The position numbers were made by a program, and so were the translations under genes. The notes below the pieces were generated by a model. That model searched no databases, was not told where the DNA came from, and saw nothing but the letters and a program-made list of their open reading frames with translations. From Tubulanus polymorphus (Eukaryota > Animalia > Nemertea), in NCBI RefSeq assembly GCF_964204645.1, contig NC_134029.1, forward strand, positions 21,508,950-21,572,949: a stretch of 64,000 nt of DNA, given 5' to 3'. This document shows, piece by piece, positions 13,201 through 25,000 of this stretch; position 1 is the first letter of the stretch; every line of letters begins with the position of its first letter.

Positions 13201-16200
13201 TTTAATCACTGTATACGTATGATTATTATGTTATTTCTATTTTTCTGATGATGAAGTTTAGTCAAAACTTTGAAACTGTCAGAATAAATTGTTGCTTATT
13301 AATGTACATACATGTTTTTGTTTAGCTTCTATTCTCTTTCTCCTCTCCTCCTCTGCTTTGGCAGCGTCTTTCGTCGTCTTCTCCAGTTTCGAATTTTTCA
13401 TCAGTTTTCGGATCTGCTTACGATGTTTACCCGGCGTGCCTTTTTCATCATCTTCATCATTCGACTCGTCCGTTTCTCCCTTCTGATGATAAGAAAGATA
13501 AAGTACAGCAACGATCAAAATTTCATCGAAAGTATCTGGTAGTACATGAATTCATTCAAACACCTCGACAAGCAAAATTAAGCATTTAGACACTGTTTAG
13601 AGTTCAATTTGAAGAAAGTATGCACTAATTAATCCACCCAATTCTATGACTTTTCATGATATTCCCTTATTTCCTAATATCTAACTCCAAAATTCCATGA
13701 TAATTGAGATTTCAAGGGAATTTAAAATCGTGCGAAAGGATCATCAGAGCTAAGAAAAAGATACTAAATTAAGATCAGAAAACACGAAATATCACAATAC
13801 CAAAAATCCCTTGACTTTCACTGACTGGAGTACTAAAGAGCTGAAATCCCAAGACTTACAAAGAGTCGACATTGACAACTATTTTCAAATTATTCCAAGA
13901 TTTTTGCTGACTTCAGGAACACTGTAAGGTTACATTAAGGTTACAATTACCTTACATTAAGGTTACATTTACCTTACAATGACAACACTTAACTTAGGAC
14001 CAGAAAGCTTCGAAATACAAAATAATTTCTCTCCTCACCCCATCTGCCTGCATCGAACCGGCTACAGGCTCATCATCTTAAAAAAGTCTTGATTTTTACC
14101 TTTTTCTTAGATTTACGTTTTGCCTTCGGTTCGTCGCTCAAATCGTCGCTATCCGCGTCTTCCGACGAGTTTTTAATCAGTTTTATGCGCCGTCGTCCTT
14201 TTCCCTTTCCTTTCTTTTTCTTTTCGTCTTCCTTTTCTTCTTCGTCTTCCGACTCTTTATCTTGTTTTCGTTTTTTACGTTTCGATTTCAGCCCGATCAT
14301 CGAATCACTCGAGTCATCGTCGCCGTCATCGTTGTGGTCATCATCCGAACTTTCCTTCTCTTGCGCATCTTTATCATCATACTCCTCATCATCGCTTGCC
14401 TTTCTTTTCCTAAAATACACGCAGTCTGGTCATTCCCAATAAAAACATATTTGACCTCTCTGGACTAATATATATATTCTAACAATAATCGCTAATCTGC
14501 CAACCTGTACTACATAATTGATAGGGCATCCCCCAAGCCTGAAGGCTGTACCAATTAAGGGGGGATGCCCTGGAAAAGAAAAACACAAAATCCATCAATC
14601 AAAACAAACCTCTTTGCGCCTCTTTTACTGGAGTCCTGTTCCACGTCGCTGTCATCGCTTATGTTTATAGTCAACAATCTCGACTTTTTCTTCAATTTCT
14701 TTTTCGATTTTTTATCATTCGATTCATCGGATTTCTTACCGTTCGATTTCTGTTTCTTTTTACCTAAAAAAAAAAATACAAAATAACTGAACAAACCAGA
14801 GACAGTTTTTGCACAAATCCTAAACCAACATTAACAGGGTTCCTACAGAACTGCAATTTTCAAATTTGAGGGGTATTCGAGGGGCTTTAAGGGTATAACC
14901 ACTGAAATTTGAGGGGTGTTTTAAGATCATCTATGAACTTCAAGTTAGTGTTTCTAAACTGCTGGAATACAAGAACGCATCCAGGATTGTTTGAAGGGGT
15001 GGACCCTTATCAATTCAATAATCAACATTCAATCATATCTAACAAACATCTACGATAATTACCTTGACTACTGGCCTCGTCATCGCTAGACAAAGATTCA
15101 ATATCGCTGTCATCGTCATCTTCATTTTCATTATTTTCCATTTCCTCTAGAAGTGATCGCCGCGCGAGTTCATTCATTCCATTCACCTGAGATGTCTCAA
15201 TAGGAGGCTGTGTCGGACAGAAAAACGAATTCAGAATAATACAACAAATTTTACGAGCAACTCAAATTTGAAGCGGCATTGCCGCAAAATGATTCAAGAT
15301 CAAAACACAATGGTCGAATTTCATAGACTGGGTATTAAAGTAATACCTGGGTGACAAACACCATTGAAACAATAATTTTATTCTAACTACAGAGAAATTG
15401 AGAAAATTCTATAATTTCATCTGGAATGATGGCTTTCATTGGTGCTGGTAGTGGATTCAAGTGATTTTAAGTGTGTGATTTTCCTACTTTATTTTCACTA
15501 TCCAGTAACTATTCTTACATCAGAAATACAGAATTTCGAATAGGTCTAAATTCTAATCACCTTATCGACTGATTTATCCTCGGCATTTTCCTGAATCTCT
15601 TCTATCTCGCTGTCAACGTTATCATCGTCATCATTGTCCTCATTTCCGGATATAGACGACAAATCGCTGCCGCCATTTTGTTTCGCGAGTTTCTTTGCTG
15701 AAATAATCGATTATCCGAGAATTCCATAAACCATGCGTTTCAAATCAAACAAAGATTGTATCGACTGTTAGACTGATATTGATCTCAGGATTTCAAAGTT
15801 AATTATCAAAACCCACAGGTTGGATGATTTACCAATTCATACTGATTGTTTCGACTAAACTGCATCATCGGAGAAAGAAAATTTTCTTTTTCGTTTCTCT
15901 GATGATGCATTTTAGTCAAAACTGTCAGAAAATAAATAGTAAAATCATCAACTGTGGGTTTTACTCATTAAACATTGTATCATTCATGGAAGTAATTTCT
16001 CGATTGCGAATGAACGAATGTAGGAAAACAACACTGATGGTTTAACATAAAACACTGCACGCTACAGTACACCAAAAATAATAACAATTAGAATATGAAT
16101 AAAATATAAAGAAATAATGAAAAACTGCCTTGACTGCTGGATTTCTGAGTTAAATGAAAACCACATAAGTTTTGTTAGGAAAACAATTTACAAAGCATTA

Positions 16201-19200
16201 CTCTACCTGCAGAATTGGTTTGTGTATATCTAGGATATATAGACGGGTTTATTCTAAAAAACGAACAACAAACCTTTTTCGTCGGAACTTTTCTTTATTT
16301 CCGTTTTCTTCTCCGAAGTATCGGACGATTTTTCGGACTTCGTCGGATTGTTCGATTTTCGAGATTTCGGCGGCGGCGTTTTCGCTAGTTTTTCGATGTC
16401 GCGTTCGAGGTCGGAATCGTACGCCGACGAGTCCGACTCGTGTTTCTTCGACTTTTGCGCTCGACGCAACGAACGCAACTTCTCGAATTTATCGTTCAAT
16501 CGCTTCGAGCTCTTCTGATGTCTGCCGCTCGATCGTTGACCGCCTTTTTCGTTCGAGCCGCCGCCCGTTTCATTCGCTGGAAATAACATCGAAAATAACA
16601 ACCACGCGCGACCAATAAATGCATCGGATAAATTTATGATATCTTGGTATTCTATTTCAATTCATCATCTTCAGGGTGGCCACTTACAGCCTATTTACAA
16701 ATTCCCAGAGTTTTCCATGTTATAACACAAAATTCCCTAAGTGAATACAAGGAATTTCTTTTCAATTCATTCATTTTTCATTGAATCACGTACTGATAAA
16801 AAAACCTTTGGTCAATGGCATTATCCAAATCCCCTTTCCAGGGTTTTTTCCAGTTTTCCCTAATTTGTCTGATTCTCTCAGTTTTTCCAGATCAGTGGCC
16901 ATCCAAATCCATTATAAACAGCAGGATTCGATCTAAATCGTATTCGCTTATCGATTTTCGTCCAAATTTTTATCTCAATTTTTTTAACGACGATTATCGG
17001 TACTTACATTTTTCGCGGCGTTTGTTTTTCTTTTCTTTCTTCAGATCAAAATCTTCATCGTTCGATTTATCGTTATCGGACTCTTCACTCGAGCTGCTCG
17101 AACTGCTACTCGAACCCAATTTCACCGGCTTCTTATCCTTCTTACTCCTCGGCGATTTCTCTTTTCCTCCTTCCTTTCCTCCGCTAGTAGGCGTCGTTTT
17201 CTTAACGATCTGAAAATCGTCTTCGCTATTTTCTTGATTCGTCGACGGCTCCGAAATTTTCTTCTTTTTCGATGAACTTTTCTGAAGACTGATCTCGAAA
17301 TCGCTGTCACTGTTTCGTTCATCGTCTTCGGATCGCTTTTTGGTGGCTTCGGCACCATTCGTCGCTACTTCGCTTTTCTCGGGCGTTTTTTCCTCACTTT
17401 TCTTTTCATCCTCATCATCAACTTCCTTTTCATCCTCATCATCAACTTCCTTTTCATCTTCCGCATCAACTTCCTTTTCATCCTCCTCATCAACTTTCTT
17501 TTCATCCTCATCAACTTCCTTTTCATCCTCCTCATCAACTTCCATTTCGTTATCCGCGTCGTCTTCATCGATCAACTCCATCAATTCCAATTTAGCGATT
17601 TCGTTCGCGTCGCCCGTTCCATTTTCTGAAACCGTATTTTCAATTGTATCGACTTCTTTCACGGTTTCTTCTTCTCCTCCGCTCTTATCATCCTTACTTC
17701 GCGAAGGCTCCGCGTTTATCGAAATGTCCGTAGAATTCGACCGGCTCGTCCGCTTCGATGAACCTTTTCTTTTCGTCGATGAATCGGAATGTTTGGGCGA
17801 TTCGACGTGATCGCTTGGACTTTTCGTCGGAGTTTTTTTCTTGGCGGCCCCGGGAAATAAATGCACTTTTAACTTGTTATCTGATTTATCGCTCTCATTC
17901 TTCGATTCCGTACTAGTCTTCACCGTCTTATCAATACTCGGTTTACCACTACTCGTCTTACCAATACTCGGTTTACCACTACTCGCCTTACCAATACTCG
18001 GTTTACCACTACTTGTCTTACCATTCTCATCGCTTTTATTGTCTTGACGCGGTTTTCTGCCTGATTTTTTACGTAGATTGCCGATGCACTCCAGACGACT
18101 AGGTATCGATTTCCGTATGACGTTTAACTTCTTAGCGATGATCCTCTTTTTCTCGGTCGCTTCACCAGAAGTCAGCGTCGACAGCGAACTGAAATCGGTC
18201 TTTAACGCCGCTAACGCCTCTTCTAACATTTTCGGTAAACTCGATAGTTCATCTAAGACGTCGTTTAAATTGTTATCGTCGATATCTGAACCAATTTCCG
18301 CGAAATTATCGGCTTTCGGTGTCATTTTTGGTTTATTCAGTCCATTATAATGCTCCTCTGCACGCTTCATTATCTTTGTGCAAGATTGTACAAGTCCCGT
18401 CAGTGGTAAAGGGTTACATACATAGCATTTCCATGGAGTATCGTCATCTGAAATTCACGAAAATTCGGCAAGTCAAAAACACGAAATTTGGAAATCAAGG
18501 TATCAGTCACTAAAGATATATCAAGAAAATCTTGGCTTGAAGCAAATACTGAAACTTCGAATTCATTAAATACTGGTGAAATACTTTTAGCTATAAATCT
18601 AAGCGAAAAAATAATCATAATACCTGCTTCTACGACAGCGGATAACTCAGTTCGTCCCAAGTTACGCTTAATGCAAGCCTTACAGAACGAGTTGCTACAG
18701 AAATCGCAGCAGAGTAAGTTCCCTCCTTCGGCGCACCAACGACACTGTTCATCTAAACCACCGGAATCCTGATCGAAATCATCGCTCGAGTAGTAACGAT
18801 AACATTTCTACAATACAAAATATTAGTGTCGATTACAGAAAAGTTTTCTCGAAAATGACCTATCCTCATCAAATCCTTTAAAGGCCTCTGAAGAACAACA
18901 TAGCGTATAACATTTCTATTTATAGAAGAAAATCAACAACTTCTTTCAAATTTGTTTTAAATGGTCTGATACCATTAGACTTTTCCCCAGATTTGGAAGT
19001 AATACCGTCCTAAAAATTCTCAAACTTTGAAATCGGCGGTGATGGAATTCAATGCCACCCCTTCATTATCTATAAATGCGACACTGATTTCCTTACCTTA
19101 CAAATGAGCACTTTCAAAGCGGGATGCATTTTCATCGACTTATAGTCGAGTTGATTAATCAGTGCCGAACATGCCGTACACGGAACCGGGTCATATTCAC

Positions 19201-20660
19201 CGGGCACTTGATCTATCGAAGAAAAAAAACTTGAAAAACAACCGACGAAAACAAGACTAAGCCCAGAAATATAGCAGCAGTATCGGCAAACGAGAAAATA
19301 AAACTACGAAAGAATGATTAGCATCATGCACTTCACATATTTCATACGTATCACGAATAATAACAGTTACCACAAGAAACATGAAATAAAGTTAGGAAAA
19401 TGAATTCAACGCCGACCAGTCGTGCGTTCGACGTGCTAACTTACTTTTATTTTTTCGACCTTGAAATTCGGGACCGGTGAAATTGGCGGCATCGGAATCG
19501 ACGACTTCTTCGGGCTCGACGACTACAGTTCCTAGAATTATCACGTTCAAATGAACCCGTTACATAATATACAGGTAGAATTCTATCAATATAGCTGTCT
19601 CTCATTTGTTTTAGAATGGGGAGCTGCAACACCTGTTTATCACGCTTAATGCCTACACGAACATTCAGTATTTTGTTGTCATAAGTAGTTAGTTATTGAT
19701 GAACTTCAAACTGAATTTTTAGGCTCCTGAATCCATACATTGTCATTGATGCATGACCCACCAAATGTACTTTCAATTCATTTTCTAGATACAGGTATAG
19801 TTATCAATAATAATAATGATCTATTTAAGAGAAAAATTCAAGATGAAATGTAGAAGAAATTGAACGCGGAAGACCAAGTAACTACTAGCAACATCTGGCG
19901 GATCCTTGCTCGCTACAGAAGCGTTGGAGGTTCCCTATCTAATTCTAAATCTTGCCTCAAAACTTTTGGTTTTGTGACGCTTTTACTGCCGGTAGTTAAA
20001 ATTGTTTTTATACAGAAGTCTTTTAACCACGATGCTTTAAAGCACTAGTCTTAAATAAAGTTGATATTATCATTATCATTTTTTGTATAGCTTTACTCCT
20101 ATATCCAGGCTTAGTCTAGAGCACGCTATAACATTAAGAAGAGTCACTGGCCAACTCTAGATTCTTGCTAGTAAGCTGTGACACACGTGACAAATGATTA
20201 TTCAAAAATCATTTAGGAATAGCTTCATGGATAATGTTTAACTCCTAAATCGAAGACTGAATAAAAACAAACGAAGAAATTAAATTGATTTTAAGAGATC
20301 AACTTCAAACAGTAGAGTTTGGGATAATTGGTTTTGTCTGATATTCATTCAATCATTTACCCTCTGGTAAATCATCGGGAACTGAGTTTCCATTCACTTG
20401 TCCAGCATCTTCCTCGTTATCATTTCCGGTATCTTCATCATTTCTGACATCTTCATCTTCGTCATCATCATCGACTCCGTTATAAACGATCTTATCATCG
20501 GTTTCATCCAACACTTTTCGCGTCTTCGACGGTTTACGTCGTGAAGATCGCGTTGACGACTAGAAAAACAAAAAAATCTCAGGAATTAATGAATTTCTGG
20601 TATAATTTGTTTTAAAAAAATGTGATTTTTTTGTGATAAAATATGAATATTTCTTACCAT
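4296..20660 (-). CDS. ATRX: Transcriptional regulator ATRX (ADD domain + SNF2 helicase), multi-exon
   Basis: ATG|gtaaga at 20660-20658 splices in phase to [10 protein letters not shown] (exon from 20559). ADD domain: [57 protein letters not shown] (19210-18400). Long Lys/Ser/Asp/Glu-rich exons follow. Helicase motifs: [20 protein letters not shown] (~12200-12240), [77 protein letters not shown]. The last exon (4439-4296) ends DHDVIEL*. Confidence 0.97.
8602..9107. mobile_element. Degenerate TTAA-type (piggyBac-like) MITE with a probable nested element; related sequence at ~10440-10670
   Basis: Starts TTAACCCTTCCAGTGC and ends GCACTTTTAAGGTAA. The internal block ACACCGCATTGCGGTG..AGTTATAAT..GGCAG..CTGTCAA recurs at 10470-10560. 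A GGATCTGCCCCTG end lies inside at ~8898-8910. Confidence 0.45.
12516..12772. mobile_element. MITE family with CAGGGTGGCCAC-like termini (hAT-like)
   Basis: Ends CAGGTTGGCCAC ... GCGGCCACCCCG. The body (ATCTGCTAAGAA..CAATCCA..TCAAATA..TAAGACAT..GGAAACTG) is shared with 37093-37358. Confidence 0.7.
16672..16904. mobile_element. MITE with CAGGGTGGCCAC-like termini
   Basis: CAGGGTGGCCACTT ... AGTGGCCATCC, with internal TTCCC-rich subrepeats as in related copies. Confidence 0.6.
17400..17545 (-). repeat. Coding minisatellite in ATRX, ~24-bp unit (EVDEEDEK) x ~6
   Basis: Repeated TTTTCATCCTC..CATCAACTTCC units, translating as [47 protein letters not shown]. Confidence 0.9.
17927..18023 (-). repeat. 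Coding minisatellite in ATRX, 30-bp unit ([10 protein letters not shown]) x3
   Basis: Three near-identical CAATACTCGGTTTACCACTACT.G.CTTAC units. Confidence 0.92.
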
Positions 20661-21659
20661 TATTGCACTGCTTTATTCAGTGCCAACTTGTGATGTTACA
20701 AATATACTTTCTTCAACGACTGAAAAAGGATTTAAAGTTTGAGAAAAAGGCATTGAAAGGCTATATACTGGTTTGGGATGATTACAACGTTTGCCACCAC
20801 CTCCCCTACCCTCAGTCATTGTATCCAAGTTTCATATACAAAAAACACCATTATAATGTATTTTTCCAGTGACCTTTCCAGTTAATAAACATTGTGTCCA
20901 GGGCCTTGCAAGCACAATCAATTCTAATTGTGAACGTGAAAAAGCAGGTATCGGTTAACCCAATTTATGATTAAAAAACAATACCCAACCAAGAAGCGAA
21001 GAATTCCAAGATTTGACTTTCCCTTTTCATCAAAACAAATCTACTTTTTTACCTGAACCTGGCTTGGATAGCAAAAACTGACATGTTTAGTATGGCCTTC
21101 TTAATTGATTCAAGTCAGAATATCAACAGGAAATTTATCGAGGCCAAAGGAGTGTGTAGATGGATGGAGCTGAACAGATGGACTTGGCTTTTGTCTGACA
21201 CTGGTAAGGTATGTAGACTGCTGCAGCAGTTCACGAACGAGCCGCCGATCGATGCGTCATATTTAGACTTGTTCAAACAGGTCTATTGTTTTGGACGAAG
21301 AACGATTAATTTCCTTTACCTTTTTGCAGACCAGGGGTCCGCAGAAGCAATAGACGAAAAAAACCAAATGACATAGGATTAGGATACAGAGCAGGTGAAA
21401 TAGCGCCGTTTTTAATTTCGGAGTGATGATAAAGTGGCGGCCATTTTCTGTCATAAATCGCGATCACCGACTTAATCGTATCCAACATTGCCAGACAGGG
21501 CGGGAGATCTTTCATCGTGTTCGAATCCTGAAATTACGTTACTTCTCATTTTCTCTTCTCATGTTACAACCATGGTTTTTGTAATTTTCTAATTGCTTCC
21601 TTGTAATTGCAAATATTTAATTATCATTATGTCACGTATGGTATGGTATAGTATTCCTT

Positions 21660-22077
21660 AAGGTACGGAATTCCTGGAGTCCAGGAATTCCGTACTCACG
21701 TATGGAGTATCTTTTTGACTGGCGGATTCCACAATCTAGTCCTATTCCGTGTTTCACTCTGCACTGAGTTTGTGACAAGTATTTCAATATGGCGAACGGT
21801 GACATCAACAAATCCAGTCTAATGTAATTAATTACGTTAATTGACGCGTATACTTTGTTTAATGAAATCGAGTTGATCATCAATCGATCGAGTTATTTAA
21901 GAGGAATATATGTGCAAAATTTGAAGATTATCGCCCGACGGGTTAGTGAAAAATTGGACATTTTAAACGAAATTTTGCAATCTTTTCACTGATTTGGTTG
22001 CACAATAATAATAACGCACAATAATAATAACGTCCAGTTGTTTTTGTTGTTCTAAAAATAGACGATCTACCAAAACC
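21660..22077. promoter_or_regulatory. Bidirectional promoter region shared by ATRX (-) and NEK1 (+)
   Basis: The putative first ATRX donor (gtgagt, minus strand, 21699) lies <400 bp from the NEK1 ATG (22078). A YY1-like CAATATGGCG is at 21785-21794. No TATA box seen. Confidence 0.65.
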
Positions 22078-25000
22078 ATGGACAAATACCAGAAGATAAA
22101 GAAAATAGGCGAAGGTTCGTTCGGAACAGCGTATTTGGTGAAATCGAAAAAAGATGGGTCGCAATATGTCATTAAAGAGATTAACATTTCTAGGGTAAGT
22201 AAAGTAACTTAAGATTTGTCTACCAGTACCAGATTATGATTTTTGAATTCATTCGTCAATTCATATCTGGTAGTATGACTCTTCTGAAGTTAACTGTAAA
22301 CCAAGCAAGTAATTTCAGATAATTCGAAGCAAATGATGGCAACTTATACTTTCGTGTTTCTTTTTCAGATGCAAAGAAAAGAAAGAGAAGAGGCCAGGAA
22401 AGAGGTGGCAGTTTTAGCTCAGATGAAACATCCTAATATAGTTGCCTATAGAGAATCATTTGAAGGTACATTAACTATTATAATACGCTAAGGCCTTCAT
22501 TTCTATTATTAAACTTGCATCATATATCCGCCGATGAAAATTTTTGAATAAATGAAAAAAAGTTTCTTTCCCTCCTACCCTGGAAATGTGGGTGTTTTGA
22601 ATCTGTCATCCAAGTTAAAGAGGTTGAAGAAATATGTTAGCCTGAGGCCTGCGTGCTAGATATGCATTGTCACTGGAAAAGAGTATCATTTATTACAGAC
22701 AAATCTGATCAATCGTAGCAAACTTTATATGCATTATACATATTCTGTTTGGTTTTTTTACACATTTTCATCAAATTTTCCCCCCTGAGATATTTTGTCT
22801 GATGATATAGGTCAATAATATGTAATTTTTTTCCTCCTCTGGAAATTTGGCTGTAAAAATCTGTCATCTGAGTGCTTTCAAAGGGACATAGGAGTCTACA
22901 TGTCTAGTGATTATTGATAATAATTTGGTGGTATTGTTTTTTTAGAAATTGGCAGTTTGTATATTTGTATGGATTATTGCGATGGAGGAGATTTGTACTC
23001 GAAGATTAATTCACAAAGAGGAATGCTATTCAATGAAGATCAGGTAAATCATCACTTGAAAGGTCGTTTAAGTTGTTTATCAGTGGAGTTCGAACTGAAT
23101 TTCTGGGAGTTTATTTCAGGTTTTGGATTGGTTCGTTCAAATATGTCTCGCGATGAAGCACATCCACGATCGAAAGATTTTACACAGAGATATAAAATCT
23201 CAGGTAACACTGTTCATGCTGAGTCGAACCTATGTTACTATTTTAAAATAATAGTTTGAGCAATTTGTAAAGTACCTTTCCACGTGATATGACATGCTCA
23301 AAGCGCTCCCTCCTAGAAAGACTTGCGAAACAGCCATGAATTTTCAAATTTAATATCTTATCAAGTCAATGTCATCTGGTAAAGTGTTCCGCGATCTTGT
23401 TAAAAATTTCTCTCTTTCAGAATCTTATTCTGAGTTTCGGTTTTATTTTCATAGAATATTTTTTCCACCAAAAGAGGAGTTATAAAGCTCGGAGATTTCG
23501 GTATCGCTAAAGTGTTGAATAGGTATGTATTCTATTGGCAGCTTTATCATTTTGAACAAGAAAACCCATCCCTAAGGTCACTGTAGTCAATATATAATAT
23601 CAAGGGTGGATCTAGGGTCTGATTCAGGGAGAGGCGCACCCCCAAAATTGAGGCATCAATTAATAAAAAGATCACCCCAAAAGAAAGCTAATCAGAAAAC
23701 ATTGAACTCATTTCGTGGAAATACAGTGAACAAGTTTATGAAATTGAAATTTTTTAGGTATCAGTTCGATATTTCAGGGAAACTTGACAATTTTAAGGAG
23801 GGGTGTGCACCCTCCCCTTGGATCTGCCTCTGCATATATACATTAATCAATATATCGTTCCATTTGTAGCACTGTTGAATTAGCTAGGACTTGTATAGGA
23901 ACTCCTTACTATCTATCACCAGAGATCGTTGAAAATCAACCTTACAATAATAAAAGGTTTGTCCCTTCTGCAATTGCTTAACTTAACTTAAACATTTTGA
24001 TATGTACCGAGTGACAATTTTACTACTTATCATTTTCAGTGATGTTTGGTCATTAGGATGTGTTCTTTATGAATTAACTACACTGAAACATGCAGTAAGT
24101 AATTTTCTGTTGCATTTTTTTAATGAAATCAAGAGTAGATATCTTCGATCATTTGTGATATTTTCTACATATTTTTCTTTACAGTTTGAAGCTGGTAACA
24201 TGAAGAATCTGGTGCTGAAAATCATCAGGGGCTCGTACCCCCCAGTTTCGCCGAGATATTCTTATGATCTCAGAAATTTGATAGCTGCATTGTTCAAACG
24301 GAACCCTCGCGATCGTCCGTCTGTTAATTCCATCCTGCGCAAAAATTTCATCCAAAAGAAAATCGCCAAATTTTTAACCGAAACGGTAAGTTCGCCGAGA
24401 GTTTGTTCTATCTTCAGTTCAGTCGTTATATTCAGTTATTAATGTTGTTTCTGGGATTTTATAGAAACGTTCGGATGAATTCAGTCATACGGTGATGCAT
24501 GGACAGAAAGTCGCGAAAGATTTGAGAGCGTTACCAGCTCGACCGCTGCCTAAACCAGCCGCTGCACCTGTCCGTCCAGCATCCGCTGTCTCGCGTCCTG
24601 CATCTGCTGCATCACGTCCTTCATCGGCTCGATCTCAAGCAGGTACATCTCGTATTCAATCGTTCTTCGAGAAAAGATATCTATGAATATGACCAGCAGG
24701 GTGAAATTGATGGGAAAGATTCTGAACATTTCCAAGAATATGTGAAATTTTGTGCTTTTATTCTTTTAGGCCCATTGTTTTATAAACAGCAAATCATTCA
24801 AACATTGATTTAATGTTTAGAAAATTGTTTTTGAATTCTCAGCCATGGCTATGAAAATACGTCACTATTTTGTCTTACAGGTGGTGGTGCCAAAAAGCCG
24901 AACGAAGTGAAAAAGTCGAACAACCGACCTGCTGCAGGTCGGTATAATCCGGCCAACGTTTACGCCCCTAGTTCTGCCCGACAATCGAAAGAAACTCCGC

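Noticed and set aside
13289-18350. Many + strand Ser/Phe/Leu-rich ORFs
   Set aside because: Antisense shadows of the Lys/Glu/Asp-rich ATRX exons.
21263-21454. Membrane-anchored ATRX isoform from splicing the hydrophobic 63-aa uORF at AAG|gtaaag in phase to the SSTRSS exon
   Set aside because: Phase-compatible, but the ATG|gtaaga exon at 20719-20658 lies in between and gives a simpler start, and a TM anchor is implausible for ATRX. Kept only as a uORF observation.
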